From positions 14,450 to 78,449 of the forward strand of contig NZ_JAYRZR010000007.1 in assembly GCF_041916345.1 (NCBI RefSeq): a stretch of DNA of 64,000 nucleotides, written 5' to 3'. A program made the translations under genes and the position numbers. Below, in pieces: positions 17,520 through 25,416 of this stretch. How positions within the stretch are numbered: position 1 is the stretch's first letter; each line of letters starts with the position of its first letter. The notes under the pieces were generated by a model that was not told the DNA's origin, made no database searches, and saw only the letters and a program-made list of their open reading frames with translations. The DNA is from Ramlibacter sp. GTDB taxonomy: Bacteria > Pseudomonadota > Gammaproteobacteria > Burkholderiales > Burkholderiaceae_C.

Positions 17520-18391
17520 TGAGCTACTTCATCGAGCTGATCGTGTCCGGCCTGGCGGTCGGCGCCATCTACGGCCTGGTCGCCATGGGCTTCGCGGTGA
17601 TCTACAAGGCCACCGGCATCGTCAACTTCGCCCAGGGCGAGATGGGCATGCTGACGGCGTACACCACCTGGTCCATCGCGGTCACGCTGGGCACCGGCGG
17701 CATCCTCACCGTGCTCATCGCGATCGTGGTGGGCGCCCTGCTGGGCCTGATCTGCGAGCGGCTGATCATGCGCCCGATGCTCGGCGAGCCCGTGCTCTCG
17801 GTCGTGCTCGTGACCGTGGGCCTGGCCGTCGTGCTGCGCTCCATCGTCACGATCATCTGGGGCGCGTCGCCGCACAAGTTCGAGGTGGCGGGTGCCGACC
17901 GCATCGTGGACATCGGCGGCATCGGCATGCGCGTGAGCCAGATCGGTGTGCTCGTCACCCTGCTCGTCGCCCTGGCCGGCTTCTGGTTCTTCCTGCGGCA
18001 CAGCCGCTTCGGCGTGGCCATGCGGGCAGTGGCCGCGGACGAGAAGACCGCGCGCTTGATGGGCGTCTCCACGGCCCGGGTGCAGGCGGTGGCCTGGGCC
18101 TCGGCTTCCGGGCTGGCCGGCTTGGCGGGTGCGTTGTTCGCGGTGATCTATGGCCTCACGCCCACCGTGTTCGAGCTCGGCCTCAAGGCCTTCCCCGCCA
18201 CCGTGCTGGGCGGCTTCGACTCGGTGCTCGGCTCCGGCTTCAGCGGCCTGCTCATCGGCGTGGTGGAAAACCTGGTGGGTGGCTACCTCCCCAGCACGCT
18301 GAAGGAGATCTCCGGCTTCGTGCTGATCCTGGTGGTGCTGATGGTCAGGCCCTTCGGCCTGTTCGGCGAGAAGCGAATCGAAAGAGTCTGA
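17519..18391 (+). CDS. ABC branched-chain-type permease, LivH-like
   Basis: ORF 16376..18391 trimmed to MSYFIELIVSGLAVGAIYGL (typical LivH N-terminus). The ATG overlaps the upstream TGA. Confidence 0.9.
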   Translation: MSYFIELIVSGLAVGAIYGLVAMGFAVIYKATGIVNFAQGEMGMLTAYTTWSIAVTLGTGGILTVLIAIVVGALLGLICERLIMRPMLGEPVLSVVLVTVGLAVVLRSIVTIIWGASPHKFEVAGADRIVDIGGIGMRVSQIGVLVTLLVALAGFWFFLRHSRFGVAMRAVAADEKTARLMGVSTARVQAVAWASASGLAGLAGALFAVIYGLTPTVFELGLKAFPATVLGGFDSVLGSGFSGLLIGVVENLVGGYLPSTLKEISGFVLILVVLMVRPFGLFGEKRIERV

Positions 18392-19437
18392 TGCGAAGCG
18401 GCTACTTCAAACAGCGGTACGGCGAGCTGATCGTCCTGACGGACTCGCCGGCGGTCAAGGCCTGGACAGCGGTGCTGCTGGTGGGGCTGGTGGCGGCCCC
18501 CTTCCTGCTGAGCACCTATGTGCTGTCGTACCTGACCATCATCCTGTTCACGCTGGTGGGCGCTCTGGGCATCACCGTGCTGACCGGCTTCACCGGGCTG
18601 ATCTCGCTGGGGCACGTCGGCTTCCTCATGCTCGGGGGCTATGCCTACGCCATCGGCGTCACGCGCATGGGCCTGCCGCCCGAACTGGCGCTGGTGATGT
18701 CCGCCGTGATTCCGGCGGTCTTCGGGCTGATCGTCGGCATCCCTTCGCTGCGACTGCACGGCCTCTACCTGGCCATCACGACACTCGCCTTCAGCTACAT
18801 CGTGAGCGCCTCCATCCTGGCGGGCGGCAAGTTCACGGGCGCCGGCCGCGGCATCATGATCTCGCGGCCCACGCTGCTGGGCATCGACCTGTCCAGCGAC
18901 CGTGCGTTCTACTGGTTCTGCCTGGTCATGAGCGTGCTGGCGGTGCTGCTCACGCTGAACTTCCGCCGCTCGTACATCGGCCGGGCGCTGGTGGCCATCC
19001 GCGACAACGACATCGCGGCGCGCACCATGGGCATCAACCTGGTGCGGTTCAAGCTGCTCGCCTTCCTGGTGAGCGCGGCGCTGACGGGCGTCGCGGGCGC
19101 GATCATGGGCATGTACCTCAGCATCGTCAGCGTCGAGGGCTATCCGTTCCTGCTGTCCATCGAGGCCCTGGCCATCATCATCGTCGGCGGGCTCGGCTCC
19201 GTGCTGGGGGCCGTCTTCGGCACGATCTTCATCGTCACGCTGCCCGAGCTGTTCAGCGCCTCGGTGGCCCTGCTGGGCGGGCGCCTGCAGGAGGTCATCA
19301 CCACCAGCGCGCACGAGATCAAGAGCGTGCTCTATGGCCTCGCGATCATCGGTTTCCTGCGGTTCGACCCGCGCGGGCTGCGCGGCATCTGGCACGACAT
19401 CCGCCACGCCTGGGTCTACTGGCCCCTGCGCTACTGA
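18391..19437 (+). CDS. ABC branched-chain-type permease, LivM-like
   Basis: 348 aa. GFTGLISLGHVGF motif. The ATG overlaps the TGA of the upstream gene. Confidence 0.9.
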   Translation: MRSGYFKQRYGELIVLTDSPAVKAWTAVLLVGLVAAPFLLSTYVLSYLTIILFTLVGALGITVLTGFTGLISLGHVGFLMLGGYAYAIGVTRMGLPPELALVMSAVIPAVFGLIVGIPSLRLHGLYLAITTLAFSYIVSASILAGGKFTGAGRGIMISRPTLLGIDLSSDRAFYWFCLVMSVLAVLLTLNFRRSYIGRALVAIRDNDIAARTMGINLVRFKLLAFLVSAALTGVAGAIMGMYLSIVSVEGYPFLLSIEALAIIIVGGLGSVLGAVFGTIFIVTLPELFSASVALLGGRLQEVITTSAHEIKSVLYGLAIIGFLRFDPRGLRGIWHDIRHAWVYWPLRY

Positions 19438-19490
19438 TTCCCGCCTCGTACGTTTTCACCATGGCCCAGGCCAACTTCAAAGGAGCTAGC

Positions 19491-20654
19491 ATGAACCGGA
19501 GACTCACCCACCTCGCCCTGCTCGGGCTGCTTGCTGCGGGCGTCGCGGCGCCTGCCGCCGCCCAGCAAGGTGTCACCGACACCGAGATCCTGATCGGCGA
19601 CATCGTGCCGATGACCGGCCCGCCGGCGCTGCTGGGCGTGCCCCACACCATCGGCGTGCGGCTCGCCATCGAGGAGGTGAATGCCGCCGGCGGCATCAAC
19701 GGCCGCAAGGTCCGCGCCATCTTCGAGGACGACGGCTACGTGCCCTCGCGCACCATCCAGGGCGTGCGCAAGCTGCTGACGGCGGACAAGGTGTTCGCGC
19801 TGACCTCCATGTCGGGTTCGGCCCAGGGCCAGGCGGTGCTGCCGCTGATCAAGCAGTCGGGCATTCCCGTCATCAACTCGCTGAGCTTCTCCGACGACGT
19901 GCACACGCCGCTGGTGAAGAACATCTTCGTGATGGGCACGCGGCATCCGCTGGTGACGGAGCAGCTCTCGGCGGCGCTCAACGCGCGCTATCCGGGCCGC
20001 AAGTGGGCGCTGGTGTCGCAGGACGACGAGTACGGCGAAATGACGCGTGAAGGCTTCGAGGCGACCGAGAAGGCGAAGAAGCTCGACGTGGCGCTGAAGA
20101 CCATCTACAAGAAGGGCCAGACCGACTTCTCGGCAGAAATGCTGCGGGTCAAGAACTCGGGCGCCACGGCGCTGTACGCGGGCGGCGTGCTGAGCGAGAA
20201 CGTCGCCATGGTGAAGGAGCTGGAGCGCCTGGGCATGAAGGACGTGCCGGTCGGCATCTCCTATGTGGCGCAGGTGCCCGCGATCGTGAAGCTGATGGGG
20301 TCGGCTGGCGCCAACGTCTACACGATGGACTACGTGGTGTCGCTGGACAGCGACAAGGGCAAGGCCTTCATCGAGAAGGCGAAGAAGCACCTGCCCGAGG
20401 CGGACGTCGCCAGGATCCACCGCTTCGCGCTGACCGGCTACGCGGGCGCGCGCATCCTCTTCGAGGCCATGCGTCAGTGCGGGAAGGCGCTCACCTGGGA
20501 GTGCACCATCAGCAAGCTGGACCAGACGAAGAACTTCGACACGGGCGTGCTTAATTCGCCGGTGTCGTTCTCGCCGACGCAGCATCTGTCGCTGCCGCAG
20601 CTGAACCTGCTGAAGGTCAACACCACGACGATGCAGTTCGAGCAGGTGAAGTGA
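19491..20654 (+). CDS. Periplasmic substrate-binding protein (type I, Leu/Ile/Val-binding family fold)
   Basis: AGGAG 6 nt upstream of ATG 19491. Signal peptide MNRRLTHLALLGLLAAGVAAPAAAQQ. Confidence 0.85.
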   Translation: MNRRLTHLALLGLLAAGVAAPAAAQQGVTDTEILIGDIVPMTGPPALLGVPHTIGVRLAIEEVNAAGGINGRKVRAIFEDDGYVPSRTIQGVRKLLTADKVFALTSMSGSAQGQAVLPLIKQSGIPVINSLSFSDDVHTPLVKNIFVMGTRHPLVTEQLSAALNARYPGRKWALVSQDDEYGEMTREGFEATEKAKKLDVALKTIYKKGQTDFSAEMLRVKNSGATALYAGGVLSENVAMVKELERLGMKDVPVGISYVAQVPAIVKLMGSAGANVYTMDYVVSLDSDKGKAFIEKAKKHLPEADVARIHRFALTGYAGARILFEAMRQCGKALTWECTISKLDQTKNFDTGVLNSPVSFSPTQHLSLPQLNLLKVNTTTMQFEQVK

Positions 20655-20658
20655 GTTT

Positions 20659-20698
20659 CCGCCGGGGCGGGCGGCGCAAGCGCGGCCGGCCCCGGTGG
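20659..20698. terminator. GC hairpin between convergent genes (CCGCCGGGGC..20 nt..GCCCCGGTGG)
   Basis: 9 of 10 bp stem between the stop of the binding-protein gene (+) and the stop of tetR (-). No U-tract. Confidence 0.35.
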
Positions 20699-20699
20699 C

Positions 20700-21293
20700 T
20701 CAGCCTTTCTCGGCCAGGAAGCCCTTGAGGAAGAGCCTGGAGATGCGGTCGCACAGCTCCTGCGGCTTCATGGTGCCGCCGGGCCGGTACCACATGTCGG
20801 TCCAGTTCAGCATGCCGATCAGCATCATGGTGTAGGGCTTGTAGGTGTCCTCGGGCAGGCCGGGATTCACCTCGCGCAGCAGCGCGGCGACGCGGTCCAC
20901 CAGCTGGCGCTGCAGTTCGATCAGCGGCGTCTGCTTGGCGCGCGGCAGGTACTTGATGTCCTGCATGGCCACCATGTGCCGGCGGCGTGACTGGGTGGAT
21001 TTCTGCGTGTACGCTTCCACCATCGTCAGCAGCTTCTCGCGCGGGGTCGCCTTCAGGACGATGGCTTCCTCCACACCCTGCACGACCCGCTCCAGGTGCT
21101 CCATGAGCATCGCGAAGAGCAGGTCGTCCTTGGTCGGGAAGTAGTGATACAGCATCGACTTGGTCGCGCCGCAGGCCTTGGCCACGTCCTGCATCTTGGC
21201 CGAGGGATACCCTTCCTTCGCGAACAGCGCCGCGGCGCAGTCCATGATGGCGTGGCTCTTGGCTTCGTAATCGTCCGAACGTACGCGGGGCAT
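20700..21293 (-). CDS. TetR-family transcriptional regulator
   Basis: ORF trimmed to MPRVRSDDYEAKS at 21293. HTH MQDVAKACGATKSMLYHYFPTKDDLL. Divergent from the ACAD operon. Confidence 0.9.
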   Translation of the reverse strand: MPRVRSDDYEAKSHAIMDCAAALFAKEGYPSAKMQDVAKACGATKSMLYHYFPTKDDLLFAMLMEHLERVVQGVEEAIVLKATPREKLLTMVEAYTQKSTQSRRRHMVAMQDIKYLPRAKQTPLIELQRQLVDRVAALLREVNPGLPEDTYKPYTMMLIGMLNWTDMWYRPGGTMKPQELCDRISRLFLKGFLAEKG

Positions 21294-21357
21294 CGCATCT
21301 CCTGTCGGGCGGGAGTTTAGCAATGGCCTTGTGCCCGCCCGGCCAGATCCCATAAAA

Positions 21358-21377
21358 TAAACCGACGCGCCGGACTA
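21358..21377. promoter_or_regulatory. Copy D of the recurrent 20-bp inverted repeat (TAAACCG-ACGCGC-CGGACTA)
   Basis: Centred in the tetR/ACAD divergent intergenic region, 65 nt from the tetR ATG and 68 nt from the ACAD ATG. AT-rich flanks (CATAAAATAA / TATGAATAA). Confidence 0.65.
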
Positions 21378-21444
21378 TGAATAACCCGGGGCCACCGGCG
21401 CGGTCCGTCCAGGGCGGGCCCGCCCTTCCACACGAGCGCCACTC

Positions 21445-22605
21445 ATGACCGAATTCGAATTCAACGAGCCCGACATCCTGGGCGAAGACCTTCGCATGGT
21501 CCGCCAGCAGGTCCGCCGCTTCGTCGACGAGGCCATCGTGCCCAAGGGCGAGGAGTGGGAGGCCACCGGCGAGATCCCGCGCAGCATCTTCCGCCAGCTG
21601 GGTGAGATGGGCTTCCTGGGCATGCGGCACCCGGTGGAATACGGCGGCGGCGGCCTGGGTGCCATGGCCTCGGTGGTGCTGGGCGAGGAGCTGGCCCGCT
21701 CCACCTTCGGCGGTGTCGCTTCGGCCCTCACCGTGCACAGCGACATGTCCATCTCGCACATCGCGCACCGCGGCACGCATGAACAAAAGCAGAAGTACCT
21801 GCCCGACGCCTGCGCCGGCCGCAAGGTGGGCGCCGTCTGCGTGACGGAGCCGCATGCCGGCTCCGACGTCGCGGGGCTGAAGACACGCGCGGTGCGCACC
21901 GCCGACGGCTGGGTGCTCAACGGCTCCAAGACCTTCATCACCAACGGCGTGCTGGGCGACATCTACATCGTGGCCGCCCGCACCGACCCCCAGGCCAAAG
22001 GCAGCCGCGGCATCTCGCTCTTCATCGTCGAGCGCGGCAACCCCGGGCTGAAGGTGGCGCGCAAGTTCGAGAAGCACGGCTGGCGCTCCTCGGACACGGC
22101 CGAACTGTTTCTCGACGACCTGAAGCTGCCGCCCGATGCCCTGCTGGGCGAGGAGGGCAAGGGCTTCTACTACATCATGAGCACGTTCCAGAACGAGCGG
22201 CTGGTGGTGGGCGCCCTGTGCTCGGGCGCCAGCGCCAAGGCCATCGAGCTGACGGTGGACTACGTGCGCAACCGCCAGGCCTTCGGCAAGTCGCTGTGGG
22301 ACCAGCCCGTGGTGCGCAACAAGATCGCGTGGGTCGCCTCCAAGGCCGCGGCCGTGCGCTCGCTCACCTACCAGTGCGCGCAGATGATCGACGAGGGCAA
22401 GGACACCGTGCGCGAGGTCTCGATGCTCAAGGCCTTCGGCGCCGAGACCCTGCAGGAAGTGGTGCACACCTGCCTGCAGGTGCATGGCGGCACCGGCTAC
22501 ATCATCGGAACGCCCGTCGAGCGGATGGCCCGCGACTCCCGCATCCTCACCATCGGCGGCGGCGCCACCGAGGTGATGCTGGAGGAAGTGGCCAAGCGGA
22601 TGTAG
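21445..22605 (+). CDS. Acyl-CoA dehydrogenase
   Basis: 386 aa. [14 protein letters not shown]-terminal [16 protein letters not shown]. Close paralog of 25417..26577. Confidence 0.9.
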   Translation: MTEFEFNEPDILGEDLRMVRQQVRRFVDEAIVPKGEEWEATGEIPRSIFRQLGEMGFLGMRHPVEYGGGGLGAMASVVLGEELARSTFGGVASALTVHSDMSISHIAHRGTHEQKQKYLPDACAGRKVGAVCVTEPHAGSDVAGLKTRAVRTADGWVLNGSKTFITNGVLGDIYIVAARTDPQAKGSRGISLFIVERGNPGLKVARKFEKHGWRSSDTAELFLDDLKLPPDALLGEEGKGFYYIMSTFQNERLVVGALCSGASAKAIELTVDYVRNRQAFGKSLWDQPVVRNKIAWVASKAAAVRSLTYQCAQMIDEGKDTVREVSMLKAFGAETLQEVVHTCLQVHGGTGYIIGTPVERMARDSRILTIGGGATEVMLEEVAKRM

Positions 22606-22617
22606 CCGGCGCCCCGC

Positions 22618-23307
22618 ATGCAGACCCTCGAGTTCACCCCCTACGGCTGGCCCGCCCTCGGGCCGACCTATCTCGCGCCCACTTCCTTCCTGGACTACGA
22701 GCACCCGGACGTGGCGGCCTTCGCGCGCGAGGCCGTGGGCGCGGCGACCGACCCGCGCGAGCAGGCCGTGCGGCTGTTCCTCGCCGTGCGGGACCAGGTG
22801 CGCTACGAACCCTTCACCATGCGGATGACGCCGGAGTGCTTCCGCGCCAGCACCGCGGTTCGCGAGCGCGGCACCTTCTGCATCCCCAAGGCCGTGCTGC
22901 TGGCGGCCTGCGCGCGGCGCGTGGGCATCCCGGCGGCCATCGGCCTGTCGGACGTGGTGAACCACTTCTCCACGCCCAAGCTCGTGGCGCTGATGGGCGG
23001 GCGCGAGGTCTTCATGCATCACGGCTGGGCCGCGCTGCACATCGAAGGCCGGTGGCTCAAGGCCGTGCCTGCCTTCAACAAGGAGCTGTGCGCGCTGATG
23101 CGCGTGCCCACCACCGACTTCGACGGCACGCAGGACGCCATCCTGCAGCAGTACAAGGAAGATGGCTCCGTGCACATGGAGTACCTGCGCGATCACGGCG
23201 TCTGGTCGGACCTTCCCTACCTGCGCATCGATGCCGACTGGAGCGGCTACTACCCGCCGTCGCTGTGGCATGGGCAGCGCAGCCGTGTCGATGTCGATGG
23301 CCTTTGA
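22618..23307 (+). CDS. Transglutaminase-like (papain-fold Cys/His) domain protein
   Basis: Core motif [22 protein letters not shown] followed by [10 protein letters not shown]. 229 aa. Confidence 0.65.
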   Translation: MQTLEFTPYGWPALGPTYLAPTSFLDYEHPDVAAFAREAVGAATDPREQAVRLFLAVRDQVRYEPFTMRMTPECFRASTAVRERGTFCIPKAVLLAACARRVGIPAAIGLSDVVNHFSTPKLVALMGGREVFMHHGWAALHIEGRWLKAVPAFNKELCALMRVPTTDFDGTQDAILQQYKEDGSVHMEYLRDHGVWSDLPYLRIDADWSGYYPPSLWHGQRSRVDVDGL

Positions 23308-23315
23308 AAGCGCGC

Positions 23316-24476
23316 ATGCCAGGACCCCTCTCCCACCTCACCGTCATCGAACTCGCCGGCATCGGGCCGGGGCCCTTTGCCTGCATGCTGCTGACCGACA
23401 TGGGGGCACGCGTCATCCGCATCGACCGCCCGCCGGCGCCGGCACGGGGCGGCCTGGACAGCCTGATGCGCAACGACAGCGTGGTGGACCGGGGTCGGCA
23501 GTCCCTGGCCCTTGACATGAAGCAGCCGGGCGCCGTCGAGGCGGTGCTGCGCCTGGTGGAGCAGGCGGACATCCTCATCGAGGGCTTCCGTCCCGGCGTG
23601 GCGGAGAAGCTGGGCCTGGGTCCGGCGGCGTGCCATGCCCGCAACCCGAAGCTGGTGTACGGCCGCATGACGGGATGGGGCCAGACCGGCCCGCTCGCCA
23701 AGGCAGCCGGCCACGACATCAACTATGTGTCGCTCACCGGCGCGCTGCACGCCATCGGCACGGCGGCGCAGCCGGTGCCGCCCCTCAACCTGGTGGGCGA
23801 CTATGGCGGCGGCGGCATGCTGCTGGCCATGGGCGTGCTGGCGGCCCATGCGCAGGCGGGGCACACCGGGCAGGGTCAGGTGGTCGACGCCGCCATGACC
23901 GACGGCGCGGCGCTGCTGATGGCGGCGCAGTACGGGCTGATGGCCAAGGGCTTCTGGGTCGACGCGCGCGAGAGCAACTTCCTCGACGGCGCGGCGCACT
24001 TCTATGGCACCTACGAGTGCCAGGATGGCAAGCACGTCTCCATCGGCTCGATCGAGCCGCAGTTCTACCGGCAGCTGCTCGAACTCTGCGGCATCACCGA
24101 TCCGCATTTCCAGCAGCAGTGGGAGGCGGGCGAGTGGCCGGCCTTGCGCGCCAAGCTGGCGCAGGTGTTCCGCACCCGCACGCGGGCCCAGTGGTGCGAG
24201 CTGCTGGAAGGCACGGACGTGTGCTTCGCGCCGGTGCTGTCGATGAACGAGGCGCCGGACCATCCGCACAACGTTGCGCGCGGCACCTTCGTCCGCGATG
24301 AGGGCGTGCTGCAGCCGGCGCCCGCGCCGCGCTTCGACCGCACGCCGTCGGCGCTGCCGAAGAAGGCGCCGCGCACCGGCCAGCAGACGCGCGAGCTGCT
24401 GGCCGCCGCCCGCTATTCGGCGGCGGAGATCGCCGAGCTCGTCGCCGGCGGTGTGGCGTTCGACGCCTTGCCCTGA
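23316..24476 (+). CDS. Family III CoA-transferase fold, alpha-methylacyl-CoA racemase (AMACR/Mcr) subgroup
   Basis: ORF 22218..24476 trimmed to [22 protein letters not shown] at 23316. Contains [14 protein letters not shown] and [23 protein letters not shown], which match racemase hallmarks. Confidence 0.85.
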   Translation: MPGPLSHLTVIELAGIGPGPFACMLLTDMGARVIRIDRPPAPARGGLDSLMRNDSVVDRGRQSLALDMKQPGAVEAVLRLVEQADILIEGFRPGVAEKLGLGPAACHARNPKLVYGRMTGWGQTGPLAKAAGHDINYVSLTGALHAIGTAAQPVPPLNLVGDYGGGGMLLAMGVLAAHAQAGHTGQGQVVDAAMTDGAALLMAAQYGLMAKGFWVDARESNFLDGAAHFYGTYECQDGKHVSIGSIEPQFYRQLLELCGITDPHFQQQWEAGEWPALRAKLAQVFRTRTRAQWCELLEGTDVCFAPVLSMNEAPDHPHNVARGTFVRDEGVLQPAPAPRFDRTPSALPKKAPRTGQQTRELLAAARYSAAEIAELVAGGVAFDALP

Positions 24477-24489
24477 AGGAGCCCCACTC

Positions 24490-25302
24490 ATGAGCGAACC
24501 CTCCGTCGTGTTCGAAGTCATCGATGGCGTGGCGCGGGTCACCCTGAACGAGGCCGAACGCATGAACCCGCTGTCGGAGTCGCTGCAGGCCGGCCTGCTG
24601 GATGCGCTGGCCCGTGTGCATGAGGACAAGGCCATCCGCGCCATGGTGCTGACCGGTCGGGGCCGCGGCTTCTGCTCCGGCGCCGACCTGAAGGACTTCA
24701 GCCAGCGCGCGGCGCAGATGCCGCCCGGCGACACGTTGGGCGCCTACGTCGGCCGCATGATGAAGGAGACCGGCAACCCCGTGCTGCTGGGTCTGCGCAC
24801 GCTGCCGGTGCCGCTGGTTTGTGCCGTCAACGGTGCGGCGGCCGGCGGCGGCTTCGGGCTCGCGCTGGCAGGTGACATCGTGATCGCCGCGCGCTCGGCC
24901 TTCTTCTATTCGCCCTTCGTTCCGGCGCTGGGCATCGTGCCGGACTTTGCCGCCGTCTGGGCCGGCGCCCGCGCCATCGGCCGCGCCCGCACGGCGGGCC
25001 TCGTGCTCACGGGGCACAAGCTGCCGGCCGAGAAGGCCGCCGCGTGGGGCCTGATCTGGGACTGTGTGGACGACGACCAGCTGCAGGACGAAGCCATGGC
25101 GATCGCGCGGCAGCTGGCGGAGCTGCCGGCCCATGCCATCGCCGAGACGCGGGCGCTGCTCGACGCGGCGGAGCGCGCCACGCTGGCCGAGCAGCTGGAG
25201 CTGGAGCGCCAGCGCCAGGCCGAACTGATCGATGGCGAGAGCTTCGCCGAAGGCGTGCGGGCGTTCACCGAGCGGCGCAAGCCGCGCTTCCGCGGCCGCT
25301 GA
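24490..25302 (+). CDS. Enoyl-CoA hydratase/isomerase (crotonase fold)
   Basis: ORF trimmed to MSEPSVVFEV at 24490. Oxyanion-hole motif GRGFCSGADL. Confidence 0.9.
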   Translation: MSEPSVVFEVIDGVARVTLNEAERMNPLSESLQAGLLDALARVHEDKAIRAMVLTGRGRGFCSGADLKDFSQRAAQMPPGDTLGAYVGRMMKETGNPVLLGLRTLPVPLVCAVNGAAAGGGFGLALAGDIVIAARSAFFYSPFVPALGIVPDFAAVWAGARAIGRARTAGLVLTGHKLPAEKAAAWGLIWDCVDDDQLQDEAMAIARQLAELPAHAIAETRALLDAAERATLAEQLELERQRQAELIDGESFAEGVRAFTERRKPRFRGR

Positions 25303-25313
25303 ACCGGCCGCGG
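25290..25313. terminator. Hairpin CCGCGGCCG-CTGAAC-CGGCCGCGG spanning the hydratase stop codon; copy 1 of a 24-bp direct repeat
   Basis: 9-bp perfect stem. It is repeated at 25383..25406 with one mismatch. Confidence 0.5.
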
Positions 25314-25382
25314 GGGGGGGGGGGGGGGGCGCCCGGGCCCCCCCCCCCCCCCACCACCACCGGGGGGGCCCCCCCCCGGGGG
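25312..25382. repeat. Homopolymer block: G18, GC-rich spacer, C15, ACCACCAC, G7, C9, G5
   Basis: Direct reading gives G run 25312..25329, C run 25338..25352, G run 25362..25368, C run 25369..25377 and G run 25378..25382. The block is intergenic between convergent operons. Confidence 0.8.
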
Positions 25383-25406
25383 CCGCGGCCGCTGACCCGG
25401 CCGCGG
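25383..25406. terminator. Hairpin CCGCGGCCG-CTGACC-CGGCCGCGG; copy 2 of the 24-bp direct repeat
   Basis: Same stem as 25290..25313, offset by 93 nt. It lies 11 nt before the stop of the minus-strand ACAD. Confidence 0.5.
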
Positions 25407-25416
25407 GCCGCGCGGC

